Origin: an uncultured Planctomycetia bacterium
GTDB lineage: Bacteria; Planctomycetota; UBA1135; JALUZX01
Direction of reading: 5' to 3'
DNA length: 64,000 nucleotides
NCBI GenBank assembly: GCA_964561605.1
Contig: CAZLQD010000036.1
Coordinates: forward strand, 53,447 to 117,446
Below the pieces are notes generated by a model. That model worked only from the letters and a program-made list of their open reading frames with translations, did no database searches and was not told the DNA's origin. Position 1 is the first letter of the stretch. Every line of letters starts with the position of its first letter. A program made the translations under genes and the position numbers. Shown here one piece after another: positions 45,866-55,850 of this stretch.

Positions 45866-45948
45866 TACCCAGGAGTCGTCAGCCCGGCCGGGCCTTCCGG
45901 AGGTGAGGTCCCAAGGCCTCTCCTCCGGGGGGGACTCCATCCCCGGGG
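45866..45948 (-). promoter_or_regulatory. Fluoride riboswitch (crcB motif) with an inserted hairpin
   Basis: Minus strand: GGGGAUGGAGUCCCCC ... AAG-GCCC-GGCC-GGGC-UGACGACUCCU. Conserved GAUGGNGU and UGAYGAYNCCU elements are present. The pseudoknot GGAGUC/GACUCC is complementary. It lies ~45 nt upstream of the crcB GTG. A 32-nt extra stem-loop at 45897-45928 interrupts it. Confidence 0.6.
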
Positions 45949-46173
45949 CGGAGGATTGAACCTTTCCGGCCTCTCCTTGTCAAAGCCTCGGGGGGGGCAT
46001 CCCTCCGGCGGGAAAGGGGTTGCTTCGCCTGGGAGGGGCCGGCGTGACCCGGGGGAGGCGGGAAGCTAGAACCATAAGGTAGAATTCCCCGGCTCCCTCT
46101 CCTCGCGAAGAGGGAGCTCGGTCCTTCCCGATCCTTGGATTTCCCTTGGTCCCCCCGAGCCGGAGAGTGTCCC

Positions 46174-48657
46174 ATGGCGATACGGTTTTCCCTCCTTTCC
46201 CTTCTGGCGGGTCTCCTCTGCCTCCTTCCTCCCTCCCTTTCCGCCCAGGCTCCCCCCCGGGAACCGGTCCACCACCTGGTGAGGGTCTTCATAGGCGACG
46301 CCCGGGACCTGGAGCGGGCCCTCTCCCTCGACCTGGACCTGGTCTCCGAGCAGGCCGTGGAACTCCCCACCCGGGCCCTCGAGGCCGTGGCCACCGACGC
46401 CGACCTCGCCAGGATCCGGAAGGCCGGGTTCCGTTACGAGATCCTGATCCGGAACATGGAGGAGTTCTACGCTTCCCGCCTTACTCCCACGGCGGCGCCC
46501 ATGGGGCCGAATCCTCCCTTCGGGAAGGGGTCCATGGGGGGGTACCACACGTACGCCGAGGTAGTGAAGCTCATGGACGACCTCCACAGGACCTATCCAT
46601 CGATCGTATCCGCCAAGTGGAGTATCGGGAAGAGCATCGAGGGGCGGAACCTCTGGGTCCAGAAGATCTCGGACAACGTGAACGTCGACGAGAACGAGCC
46701 CGAGGTCTACTACGACGCCTTGATCCACGCCAGGGAACCCATGTCCATGGAGTGCACCCTGGCTCTCATGTTCTGGCTGGCCGAAAACTACGGGAAGGAT
46801 CCCCTGGCGACCTACCTGGTGAACGAGCGGGAGATGTTCTTCCTTCCCGTGGTGAACCCCGACGGATACGAGTACAACCGGGCCGTCCGTCCAGCCGGGG
46901 GAGGGATGTGGAGGAAGAACAGGCGCCGGAATCCCGGGGGGAGCTACGGGGTGGACCTGAACCGGAACTTCCCCTTCAAGTGGGGAGGCCCCGGCTCTTC
47001 TTCGACCCCCTCTTCCGAGATCTACAGGGGAACGGCCCCCGCCTCCGAACCGGAGATCAAGGCCGTCCTCTCCTTCTTTTCCGGCCGGAAGTTCAGGGTG
47101 GGGTTCAACTCCCACACCTATTCCAACCTCCTGCTCCGCCCTTGGGGGTGGACCAGGGGGGATCCCTCCAACGGCGCCGATTACGACATGATCTCCAGGC
47201 TGGCCACCAGGGAGAACCACTTCCCCTACGGGGCCTGCGGGAAGATCCTCTACGTCGCCTCGGGCGGCGCCTTCGATACGTATCACCAGAACTATGGGAT
47301 GTTCGGATTCTCACCCGAGATCGGTTCCAGGAGCGACGGCTTCTGGCCTCCCACGAGGAGGATCCTCCCCCTGATCCAGCAGAACATGTGGATGTTCCAG
47401 TCCATGGCCCTGGTGGCCGGCCCGGCCGTGAGCGCCAGGATCCTCCGGGTGAAGGAGATCGGCGGGAACCAGAACGGATCCTTCGAGCCCGGCGAGACCG
47501 TGGGGATCGTCGTGGAGGTGTCCAACGCCGGGACCATGGCCTCTCCCCTTCCGGTCAAGGCCGTCCTGGCCAACCTGAAGCCGGGCGGAACGATCCTCGC
47601 CTCCTCCTACGATTTCGGGAAACCGGCTCCCTTCTCCACGTCTTCCAACGGGGCGAAGCCCCTGGCCTTCAAGCTTCCCCAGGGAGCCTCGGGCGTCTTC
47701 TCGGGCGAGGTGAGGGTCTCAGGGGCCTTCTCGGGGGGGGTGATCCCCTTCCGGATCGCCGTGGGGACCTTCCGCCTGCTGGCCAGGGACGACGCCGAGA
47801 AGGACCTGGGGTGGACCATGGGCGCCCCGGGGGATACGGCCCGAACGGGCAGGTGGAACAGGATGGCCCCCCAGCGGACCAGTTACGGTGGAAGGGTGAT
47901 CCAGCCGGGTTCCGACACCACGCCGGCGCCGGGAACGAAGTGCTTCGTCACCGACGGGCGGGCCGGCTTCTCCGTGGGAACCTACGACGTGGACCAGGGC
48001 TATACCACCCTCCTCTCCCCGGTGATGGACCTCTCCCACGCCGGGATGTTGCGCTTCAAGTACAACCGCTGGGTCATGGACTCGGCCGGCTCCGATGTCT
48101 TCCGGGTGGCCGTGACTTCCAACGGGGGGGGCACCTGGAAGATCCTGGAAGAGGTGAAGTCCTGGCAATCCAAGTGGATCCCTGCGGATGTGGAACTCCC
48201 TGCAGGAGTTCCGCCCTCCTCCGCCATGAGGCTCCGGTTCCGTGCGGAAGACGCCGACCCCCAGTCCCTCTCCGAGGCGGCCCTGGACGACCTGGAGATC
48301 TGGGGAATCGTCTCCGGGCCCTCCCTGGTTCTCCTTGGTTCGGGAGAGAGGGGCAAGTGGATCCGCCTCTGCCGGGCGGCCGAAAAGGGGCGGACCGGGG
48401 TCTTGCTCGCCTCGTCGGGCAAGGGGAACCTCTCCCTGCCGGGTTTCTCGGGAAGCCTGGGCCTGGACCCGGCCGGCCTGGTCCTGCTGGAGGCATCCAC
48501 CTTCGGGTCCGGCGGGTTCCTCTCCCTGGACCTGCGGATCCCGGCCGATCCCGCCCTGGCGGGGGCGAGGGTCTACTTCCAGGATGCGGTCTTCTCTCTT
48601 TCGGCCGGCCGGGTCTCGGGAGCCTTCTCCAACGTGCAGGCCCTGACCGTTCGATAG
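46174..48657 (+). CDS. Secreted M14-family zinc carboxypeptidase with long C-terminal beta-rich extension
   Basis: Signal peptide MAIRFSLLSLLAGLLCLLPPSLSAQA. Zinc/substrate motifs HAREPMS, WRKNRR, GVDLNRNF, NSHTYSN. ~450 extra C-terminal residues. Confidence 0.85.
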   Translation: MAIRFSLLSLLAGLLCLLPPSLSAQAPPREPVHHLVRVFIGDARDLERALSLDLDLVSEQAVELPTRALEAVATDADLARIRKAGFRYEILIRNMEEFYASRLTPTAAPMGPNPPFGKGSMGGYHTYAEVVKLMDDLHRTYPSIVSAKWSIGKSIEGRNLWVQKISDNVNVDENEPEVYYDALIHAREPMSMECTLALMFWLAENYGKDPLATYLVNEREMFFLPVVNPDGYEYNRAVRPAGGGMWRKNRRRNPGGSYGVDLNRNFPFKWGGPGSSSTPSSEIYRGTAPASEPEIKAVLSFFSGRKFRVGFNSHTYSNLLLRPWGWTRGDPSNGADYDMISRLATRENHFPYGACGKILYVASGGAFDTYHQNYGMFGFSPEIGSRSDGFWPPTRRILPLIQQNMWMFQSMALVAGPAVSARILRVKEIGGNQNGSFEPGETVGIVVEVSNAGTMASPLPVKAVLANLKPGGTILASSYDFGKPAPFSTSSNGAKPLAFKLPQGASGVFSGEVRVSGAFSGGVIPFRIAVGTFRLLARDDAEKDLGWTMGAPGDTARTGRWNRMAPQRTSYGGRVIQPGSDTTPAPGTKCFVTDGRAGFSVGTYDVDQGYTTLLSPVMDLSHAGMLRFKYNRWVMDSAGSDVFRVAVTSNGGGTWKILEEVKSWQSKWIPADVELPAGVPPSSAMRLRFRAEDADPQSLSEAALDDLEIWGIVSGPSLVLLGSGERGKWIRLCRAAEKGRTGVLLASSGKGNLSLPGFSGSLGLDPAGLVLLEASTFGSGGFLSLDLRIPADPALAGARVYFQDAVFSLSAGRVSGAFSNVQALTVR

Positions 48658-48711
48658 AGCGGGAGGCGGGCTTCCCGCCGGCGGTTCCCGCCGGGGGGAA
48701 CGCCCCCTGGT

Positions 48712-50214
48712 TCAAAGAGTGGATTTCTTCTCCCCTGCAGGCTCCGGTTCCTTCCATGCCTCCAGGAGAGCCTCGATCCTTTCCCGGACCAGGGCGGTCC
48801 TTCCCCAGGTGAGGGACGTCAGGAACTCGACGGCCAGGCGTTTCTCCTTCTTCAGGAGGGTCAGGGCGGCCCTTTCGGTCTCGGCCAGGGAACGGAGCCA
48901 CAGCGGTTCCAGGCTTTGCTGGAGGGCCCGTACCGCCGGAATCCGGCGCCCGTAATCCTCGTTCACGGAATCGGCGAGTTCGCGGAAGGGAAGCATGGCG
49001 GGCACCCTTCCCTCGGGAAGGGGGGCCCGGCCGAGTTGGGCCTCCTGGATCTTCCTCCAATCCCCCCGGCTGAAGCCCGGGGGAAGTTCGGGAAGAAGGG
49101 GATACCAGGGGATGAAGACCGACGTGTCGGGCTTGTGGGGAGCGAACCAGAGGAGGACCGTGAGAGGGGAAGGAAGGTCCGGCCTGAGCTGGGCCAGGAA
49201 GGTGGCCATGGTGGCCCTGGTGCAGATCGTCCGCACTCTGGTCTCGTTGGGATCTCCTTCCTCGTAGCCCCTGGTCAGGTCGTAGGGGGTGCCTTCGTAA
49301 TGGTCCCGCATGACCTTCATCAATTCCTCGGGGCCGAGTTTCCCGGCGGGGGAGAAGAACAGGGGCAGGTCCCAGCGGAGGGGAAACTCCTTCTTGGCCA
49401 GGAGACACATGCCCCTCCAGCGCCGGAGTTTGTTGGAGGGGCTTTCCAGGTTGGATCGAGGGGCGTAGGCCTTGGCGAAGTTGAAGGGCCCGTCCTTTTC
49501 GGGATCGTACCAACCTTTCTTCCGGGCGTATTCTACAAGGCCCGGGGAGGCCAGGACGTTCTCTTCGTCGGCCAGGTCCACCTCCTGGACGGGGTAGGAG
49601 TTGGAGACCACTGCGACCTTGTCGTCGGGGACCCTGACGGCGATCCAGTGTTTTCCCCGGGCCATGCAGAGGAGCCAGACCTCCCGGGGATCCGCCAGGA
49701 ACAGGGTCCTTCCCAGTGGGGCGTAGCCCCACTCGTTCAGGATGGAGGCGGCCTTCCGGACGGCCTCCCCGGCGGTGCGGCACTGGAGGGCCAGGATCCT
49801 CCGGAGGAGATGGGTGATTCCGCCCTCCCTCGGCCCCGGCTCGTCCTTCCTGGAGGGGCAGGCGTTGGAGCAAAGGGTGAGCCCCCATTCGTTCACATAG
49901 AAATCCCCGAAATAGACCTCGGGGATCTGCGCCCAGAAGTATCCATAGGTCCTGGACGGCATGGGGATCCTACCGCCGTTCACGAGGTGGAAGGATTCCC
50001 CCGGGGCGTGCTTCATGGGCCCGATCCTCCAAAAACGCCAGGAGGGGTTTCCCGCGTCGTCTTCGTTGTGGGCCAGGAGGGTTCCGCCGTGCCGGGTGGC
50101 CTTCCTTCCGGCCACGACGGTGAAGCAGTTCAACCTCTCCTGGGAAGGGAGAGGGGTGAGGAATACGACGGAGAAGGACAGGATCAGGAGCCGGAAGTAA
50201 TTTCTGGAACGCAT
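48712..50214 (-). CDS. Secreted C69-family dipeptidase (Ntn hydrolase)
   Basis: ATG 50214. Signal peptide followed by the nucleophile context NCFTVVAGRKATRHGGTLLAHNEDD. Track ORF to 50664 is an extension. Confidence 0.85.
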   Translation of the reverse strand: MRSRNYFRLLILSFSVVFLTPLPSQERLNCFTVVAGRKATRHGGTLLAHNEDDAGNPSWRFWRIGPMKHAPGESFHLVNGGRIPMPSRTYGYFWAQIPEVYFGDFYVNEWGLTLCSNACPSRKDEPGPREGGITHLLRRILALQCRTAGEAVRKAASILNEWGYAPLGRTLFLADPREVWLLCMARGKHWIAVRVPDDKVAVVSNSYPVQEVDLADEENVLASPGLVEYARKKGWYDPEKDGPFNFAKAYAPRSNLESPSNKLRRWRGMCLLAKKEFPLRWDLPLFFSPAGKLGPEELMKVMRDHYEGTPYDLTRGYEEGDPNETRVRTICTRATMATFLAQLRPDLPSPLTVLLWFAPHKPDTSVFIPWYPLLPELPPGFSRGDWRKIQEAQLGRAPLPEGRVPAMLPFRELADSVNEDYGRRIPAVRALQQSLEPLWLRSLAETERAALTLLKKEKRLAVEFLTSLTWGRTALVRERIEALLEAWKEPEPAGEKKSTL

Positions 50215-50440
50215 GGGAACTCCCTCATTTGGGGGACGGGGATTTTCCACTTTGCTCCCTGGGAAAGCAAGGCTTCCTGGGAGGGCGGCGAAAGGCCCGC
50301 ACTTTCTTCTTGGACCTTTTCCTCCCTTCGGCAAGGCGCCTTGAAACAACCCGAACGGCCGGGTGGTTCCCTCTGGAGGGAAGGGGTAAGATCCGGTTCT
50401 TCCGGACCGAAGAACGTCCGGTCCGGGCCACAAGGAGGCG

Positions 50441-51340
50441 ATGACCATGGCTGAAGCGAAGGACCTTCCCAACCCGGATCTTAGGGAACCATTGCTGGAA
50501 CTTTTCCGGCGGGCCGCCACGGACCTCCCCGCCGAGGTGGAAGAGGCCCTGGCGGCGGGACGGGAGAAGGAAGAGGAGGGCTCGGCCGCCAGGAACGCCC
50601 TGGACGTGATCCTCCGCAACATCGAGCTGGCACGGAAGAAATCCACTCCCATCTGCCAGGACACGGGAACGCCCGTCCTCTTCGTGCACCACCCCTACGG
50701 GTGGTCGACTTCCCGGATCGAGGAGGAGGTCCTGTGGGCGGCCAGGGAGGCGACGAAACGGTCCTACCTGCGACCCAACGCGGTCCACCCCATCACGGGG
50801 AAGAACAGCGGCGACAACACGGGAATCGGCTATCCCTACCTCCACTTCCACGAGTGGGACAAGGATGAAGCCGTCTTCCGGATCCTTCTCAAGGGCGGAG
50901 GGTCCGAGAACTGTGGAATCCAGTATTCCCTTCCCGATTCGGGCCTCGGAGCGGGACGGGACCTGAAGGGGATCAAGAAGTGCATCCTGGACGCCGTCTT
51001 CCGGGCCCAGGGCTACGGGTGCGCCCCCGGGATCCTGGGTGTGGGAGTGGGGGGGGACAGGGTCTCCTCCTTCGAGGAGTCCAAGCTCCAGCTCTTCCGG
51101 TCCCTGGGAGACCGGAACCCCGATCCCCTCCTGGCGGAGATGGAGGAAGAGCTCCTGGAGAAGACGAACCGCCTTGGAATCGGGCCCATGGGGTTCGGCG
51201 GCAGGACCACCGTGCTCGGGGTGAAGATCGGAGTGCGGCACAGGCTTCCGGCGAGTTTCTTCGTCTCCATCAGTTATTTCTGCTGGGCCGCCCGGAAGAA
51301 GACCATGACCGTGAAGAACGGGGAGGTGTCCTATGATTGA
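50441..51340 (+). CDS. Class I (Fe-S) fumarate/tartrate hydro-lyase, alpha subunit
   Basis: PICQDTGTPVLFV motif, plus RPNAVHPITGKN and GGGSEN. Overlaps the beta subunit gene by 8 nt. Confidence 0.85.
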   Translation: MTMAEAKDLPNPDLREPLLELFRRAATDLPAEVEEALAAGREKEEEGSAARNALDVILRNIELARKKSTPICQDTGTPVLFVHHPYGWSTSRIEEEVLWAAREATKRSYLRPNAVHPITGKNSGDNTGIGYPYLHFHEWDKDEAVFRILLKGGGSENCGIQYSLPDSGLGAGRDLKGIKKCILDAVFRAQGYGCAPGILGVGVGGDRVSSFEESKLQLFRSLGDRNPDPLLAEMEEELLEKTNRLGIGPMGFGGRTTVLGVKIGVRHRLPASFFVSISYFCWAARKKTMTVKNGEVSYD

Positions 51341-51953
51341 ACTGAATACGCCCATCCCGGAGGAGGAGATCCGGAAGCTCGAGATCGGGGACACGGTCCT
51401 ACTCAGCGGCACGATCGTCACGGGGAGGGACGCGGCCCACAAGTACATGATCGAGAATTTCATCCGTTCCGGCGGAGAGATCCCCCCCTCCGAAAGGGAA
51501 CTCCACGACAGGCTGAAGGAGATCCTGAAGGAGTCGGTGATCTACCATTGCGGGCCGGTGGTCCGGAAGGACGACCAGGGCAAGTGGCACTTCGTCGCCG
51601 CCGGGCCCACCACCTCCATCCGGGAGGAGCCCTACCAGGCGGATGTCTTGGAATACTTCACCCTCCGGGGCGTCATCGGAAAGGGTGGTATGGGGCCCAA
51701 GACCCTCGAAGGTTTGAAGAAGGTCGGGGCCTGCTACTTCCACGCCGTTGGGGGGGCCGCCACCTTGATCGCCGAGTGTTGCAAGGAGGTCCTGGAGGTC
51801 CACAAGTACCAGGAATTCGGCCCACCCGAGGCCTTCTGGGTCCTCCGGGTGGAGAAATTCCCCCTGGTGGTCACCATGGACAGCCACGGCGCCTCCATTC
51901 ACCAGGAGATCCTGGAGCGTTCCAGGAAGGCCCTGGATTCCCTGGAAGTCTGA
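51333..51953 (+). CDS. Class I (Fe-S) fumarate/tartrate hydro-lyase, beta subunit
   Basis: Motifs GTIVTGRDAAHK, YHCGPV and GKGGMGPKT are typical of the FumA C-terminal / TtdB domain. Confidence 0.85.
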   Translation: MIELNTPIPEEEIRKLEIGDTVLLSGTIVTGRDAAHKYMIENFIRSGGEIPPSERELHDRLKEILKESVIYHCGPVVRKDDQGKWHFVAAGPTTSIREEPYQADVLEYFTLRGVIGKGGMGPKTLEGLKKVGACYFHAVGGAATLIAECCKEVLEVHKYQEFGPPEAFWVLRVEKFPLVVTMDSHGASIHQEILERSRKALDSLEV

Positions 51954-51967
51954 AGGTGAGGCCGGCC

Positions 51968-52477
51968 ATGCGGAGAGGGTTCTTCTTTGGGCTTTTGCTC
52001 CTCCTGGGGAGCTGCGGCACGCCGGCGAGGAAGGCGCCTTTCCTTCCAGAGGAATTCGCCCCCTACGCCCGTGAGGGCACGGGGGTGATCGAGGGGCGGG
52101 CCTGGCTCTGGCTGGGGAAGGACGAGATCCGGAAGGCCGCCGGTCATACGGTGATCCTCAAGCCCGTGACGACCTACACCACGGAGTGGATCGAAAGGGG
52201 CGTGAAGCGGGGGGTGAACCTGGGTCCCCCCGATCCCAGGGCCGTGGCCTTCGTCCGGAAGGTGAAGGCCGACCGGGAAGGGCGGTTCCGCTTCGACAGG
52301 CTTCCCCCAGGGAGCTACTACGTGGCCTGCCCGGTCAACTACATCGCCTTCGACTGCACCCTGGGCCTGGACATGAAGAAGGTGAAGTGGGTCTTCGCCG
52401 AGGTGGACCTGGGGCCGGGAGAGGTGAAGAAGATCTTCCTCACCAACGACCCGGAGAAGGAAAAGCGCTTCCAGTGA
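51968..52477 (+). CDS. Lipoprotein with carboxypeptidase-regulatory-like beta-sandwich domain
   Basis: ATG 51968. Lipobox LLLLGSC. DREGRFRFDRLPPGSYYVACPV motif. Confidence 0.6.
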   Translation: MRRGFFFGLLLLLGSCGTPARKAPFLPEEFAPYAREGTGVIEGRAWLWLGKDEIRKAAGHTVILKPVTTYTTEWIERGVKRGVNLGPPDPRAVAFVRKVKADREGRFRFDRLPPGSYYVACPVNYIAFDCTLGLDMKKVKWVFAEVDLGPGEVKKIFLTNDPEKEKRFQ

Positions 52478-52514
52478 CTTGGTGGGGCCCGGCTCCCTTC
52501 GTTAGCATAGGGCC

Positions 52515-53237
52515 ATGAATCCCGCCAAGAGACCCGCTGTCATCTCCGCCGTGGTCGTCGCCGCAGGGAAGGGCGAGCGAATGGGCGGAGACGTTCCCAA
52601 GCCATACCTCCTCCTTGGAGGCCTTCCCATCCTTTGCAGGACCCTGGTCCGCCTCCAGAACCAGATCCTTGGGCTGAGGGAGATCATCGTGGTGATCCGC
52701 CCCGAGGACCGGGAGGGGGAGGTTGCCAGGTGGAGGAGGCAGATCGAGGCCGCCGGCGCCACCCGCCTGGTCGACGGCGGTCCCACCCGGATGGAATCGG
52801 TGGAGGCAGGGCTCCATGCCGTGGCGGAGGAGGCCGACCTGGTCCTGATCCACGACGCCGTTCGGCCCTTCTTCCCTCCCGCCCAGGCCAGGGAGGCCTG
52901 CCGGGCCGCCCTTAGGGTGGGAGGGGCCATCCTGGCCCTTCCCGTGAGGGATACGCTCAAGCGCGAGGCCGGCGAGGGCCTGATCGGCGAGACGGTGAAC
53001 CGGACCGGCCTCTGGCAGGCCCAGACTCCACAGGTCTTCAAGAGGGATGTCCTGCTGTCTGCCCTGAAGAAGGCCAAGGCCGTGGGACTCAAGGCTTCGG
53101 ACGACGCCCAGCTCCTCGAGGAGGCCGGCCTCCCGGTGCAACTGGTCATGGGATCGGTGGCCAACTTCAAGATCACCCGCCCCGAAGACCTGGAACTCGC
53201 CGAGGCCCTCTTCACCATGGAGATGGAACGGGATTGA
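52515..53237 (+). CDS. ispD: 2-C-methyl-D-erythritol 4-phosphate cytidylyltransferase
   Basis: VVAAGKGERMGGDVPKPYL P-loop-like motif, plus IHDAVRPF and TPQVF. Confidence 0.9.
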   Translation: MNPAKRPAVISAVVVAAGKGERMGGDVPKPYLLLGGLPILCRTLVRLQNQILGLREIIVVIRPEDREGEVARWRRQIEAAGATRLVDGGPTRMESVEAGLHAVAEEADLVLIHDAVRPFFPPAQAREACRAALRVGGAILALPVRDTLKREAGEGLIGETVNRTGLWQAQTPQVFKRDVLLSALKKAKAVGLKASDDAQLLEEAGLPVQLVMGSVANFKITRPEDLELAEALFTMEMERD

Positions 53238-53728
53238 AGCCTGCCGAATACCGGGTGGGGATAGGGACGGACCTGCACAGGTTCTCCCCGGACCGCCCCC
53301 TCGTTTTGGGGGGGGTGGAGATCCCCGGGGAGCCGGGTCTCCTGGGACATTCCGACGGCGACGCCCTTCTCCACGCCCTTTGCGACGCCTGCCTGGGAGC
53401 GGCGGGCAGGGATGACATCGGGACCCTCTTCCCCGACTCCGATCCCGCCCTGGCGGGGATGGACTCCGGGAGGATCGCCCGCAAGGTGGGGGAGATCCTG
53501 GAGGAGGAGGGCTGGAGGGTGGTCAACCTGGATGCCGTTGTGGAATGCGAGAGGCCCAGGCTCTCCCCCTGGAGGGAAAGGATCAGGGAAGGGGTGGCCC
53601 GGGCCTTCGGGATAGAACCTTCCAGGGTGCATCTGAAAGGTAAGACCGGCGAAGGCCTGGGGCCCGTGGGAGAGGGGCGTGTTCTGAAGGTGACGGCCGT
53701 GGCCCTCCTCGGCCGCCCCGGCAGGTAG
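53234..53728 (+). CDS. ispF: 2-C-methyl-D-erythritol 2,4-cyclodiphosphate synthase
   Basis: RVGIGTDLHRF, GHSDGDALLHAL and FPDSDP motifs. Overlaps ispD by 4 nt. Confidence 0.9.
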   Translation: MKPAEYRVGIGTDLHRFSPDRPLVLGGVEIPGEPGLLGHSDGDALLHALCDACLGAAGRDDIGTLFPDSDPALAGMDSGRIARKVGEILEEEGWRVVNLDAVVECERPRLSPWRERIREGVARAFGIEPSRVHLKGKTGEGLGPVGEGRVLKVTAVALLGRPGR

Positions 53729-53801
53729 GAATCCTCCCCTTTCGCCCTTTTCGGTCTTCGATGAGGGGCGGGCCCCTTCGAGAGGCGGCGGGATTCCCCC
53801 T

Positions 53802-55850
53802 TCAGAAGGGATAGCCAAGGCTGAACTGGAGGGCCCAACGGGCCTCCCGGGCCCCCCTTCTGGGATTCCATGCCCAGTCCAGGCGGATGGGGCCGATGGG
53901 AAGGAAGTAGCGGAGCCCGGCGCCGATTCCGTGTTTCAGGTGGGCCAGGGTCCATTCGTCCGCATCCCTGCCCACGTTTCCGGCGTCCCAGAAGAAGGCT
54001 CCCCGCAAGGGCCCGGTAAGGGGGTAACGGAGCTCCAGGCTGAGAATGTTCCCGTATTGACCGCCCAGGGGATATCCCTTGGCGTCCCTGGGGCCGAGCC
54101 GGTCCTGCTTGAAGCTGCGGACCGAGGATTCCCCCCCCATGAATACCTTTTCCGAGAGGGGAAGGGGGCGGTCTCCCCAGGGAAAGACCAGGGTGGTCCC
54201 CGCCCTTCCGGCGAGAAAGAACCCCCTTCCCAGGGGAAGGACCTTGCTGGCCGAAAATCTCCAGCGGGTGAAGTTCACGTTTCCCCCCAGGGCGGGGGAT
54301 GCCACCTCCAGGCCCCCCTGGATGAAGGTCCCCTTGGATGGGAAGAGGACCTGGTCCCTCGAGTCGTAGACGAAGGAAAGACCCGCAAGGGCGACCTTGG
54401 ACCGTCCCGCCTCGGCGGCGGCGTCTCCCCGGGCGTTGGTTTCGTTGGTCATCCGGAATGCGTCGGAGAGGCGGATCCGCGCGCAGGAACCGAGGGGCCT
54501 GGTGAGGCTCAGCTCCGTTCCGAAGATGGAGCTCGTGAAGGAGGCCCTCCTCCTGGTGGATTCCTCGGTGCGGAAGGAGAGGACCTGTCCTTCCTCGAGG
54601 AAGTCCGGGTCGGTAAGGCCCTGCTGGAAGGAGATGACCCTGGGAGAGAGCTTGGTCTTGAGGGCCAGGAGTTTGCCCGTTCCGAAGAGGTTCCTATCGG
54701 TGAAACCCAGGCCCACCCTGGGGCCTTCGTAGGTCCCTCCTCCGGCGAGGAACCAGATGTCCCTGCTGGGCGCCTCCTGGAAGAGGAAGGTGAGGCGGGC
54801 CTCTTTGCCGTCCCGGGAGAGATCCTTCCTGACCTTGACCAGCTCGAAGAGGCCCGTCCTGTAGAAGGAGTCCAGGCTTTCTTCCACCTTGGAAGAGTCC
54901 AGGATCTGGCCCGGATGGATCTTGAGCTTGCCTTCCACGTGGGAGGGCCGGGTCCTCCTCAGGCCTTCCAGGCGGATGGAGGTCACCCTGGCGACGGGGC
55001 CGGCCCGGACGTCCGCCGCGAGGGTGACCAGGCCTTTGTCCGGGTCCTTCTCCATCTTCACGCGGACCCGGGCCCGGGCGTGGCCTTTCCTGGAGAGCTC
55101 GTCCAGGATCCTGGCCCTCCAAAGGGTGTCCATCCGGGGCGCGGCCCAGCTCCCCCGGAGGCCGGCGAAATCCTTCTTCAAGCCGGGGGAGAGGGCCCGT
55201 GTGTCGCCCCTGAGCAGGGTCCTTCCGACTTTGTACCTCCTGTTCTCCCTGATGCGGAGGGTTACGTTCGCCCGGTTTCCCCCGGGTTTCCTCTCCACCT
55301 CCGGAGGGGAGACCCGGACGTCGAAGAAACCGGCCCTCTCGTAGAGCTCCTTGACCCGGTCTCTCCAGGCCTGGAGGGAGGATTCCGAGAAGAGGGGCCT
55401 TCCGACGGGGAAAGAGAGAAAGGTCGGGACGGGAGGACGGAGAAGTTCCACGAGCCGTTCTTCAGGAAAGGCCCCGGCGCCCTCCACCCGGATCCTGCCC
55501 AGGGTCACCAGGGGGCCTTCATGGATCTTGTAGACCGCACCCCCTGGAGGCCGGCCCAGGGGAAATCCCTGGACCCGGGCCTCGGGAAAACCGGATTCCT
55601 TGTAATGTTCCTGGAGGTCGAAGGCCGTGTCGGCCAGGAAGGCCGGGGTGATCCCCTTTCGTGGGGGAAGGTATTCCAGCTTCTTCAGCACACCCAGGAG
55701 ATCGGAGTCGGAGAGGTTTTCGTTGCCCCTGAAGAGGAAGCGATAGGTCTTCTTTGGGGAGGATGTTTCCGGGGGGGAGAAATTCCGGGCTTCCCTGGCG
55801 GCGCAACCCAAGAGCAGGAGAGCCGGAACGAGGATGGAAGGAAATCTCAC
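53802..55850 (-). CDS. Omp85-family outer membrane protein with POTRA repeats (TamA/BamA-like)
   Basis: Signal/lipobox LLLLGC and POTRA-like repeats. Barrel motif FMGGESSVRSFKQDRLGP...GGQYGNILSLELRYPL. C-terminal ...FSLGYPF. Paired with a TamB-like gene. Confidence 0.85.
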   Translation of the reverse strand: MRFPSILVPALLLLGCAAREARNFSPPETSSPKKTYRFLFRGNENLSDSDLLGVLKKLEYLPPRKGITPAFLADTAFDLQEHYKESGFPEARVQGFPLGRPPGGAVYKIHEGPLVTLGRIRVEGAGAFPEERLVELLRPPVPTFLSFPVGRPLFSESSLQAWRDRVKELYERAGFFDVRVSPPEVERKPGGNRANVTLRIRENRRYKVGRTLLRGDTRALSPGLKKDFAGLRGSWAAPRMDTLWRARILDELSRKGHARARVRVKMEKDPDKGLVTLAADVRAGPVARVTSIRLEGLRRTRPSHVEGKLKIHPGQILDSSKVEESLDSFYRTGLFELVKVRKDLSRDGKEARLTFLFQEAPSRDIWFLAGGGTYEGPRVGLGFTDRNLFGTGKLLALKTKLSPRVISFQQGLTDPDFLEEGQVLSFRTEESTRRRASFTSSIFGTELSLTRPLGSCARIRLSDAFRMTNETNARGDAAAEAGRSKVALAGLSFVYDSRDQVLFPSKGTFIQGGLEVASPALGGNVNFTRWRFSASKVLPLGRGFFLAGRAGTTLVFPWGDRPLPLSEKVFMGGESSVRSFKQDRLGPRDAKGYPLGGQYGNILSLELRYPLTGPLRGAFFWDAGNVGRDADEWTLAHLKHGIGAGLRYFLPIGPIRLDWAWNPRRGAREARWALQFSLGYPF

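Noticed and set aside
48658-48711. Tandem short GC hairpins (GGCGGG-CTT-CCCGCC, GGCGG-TTC-CCGCC) between the convergent peptidase genes, considered as a bidirectional terminator.
   Set aside because: The stems are short, there is no U-tract on either strand, and such sequences are common by chance at this GC content.
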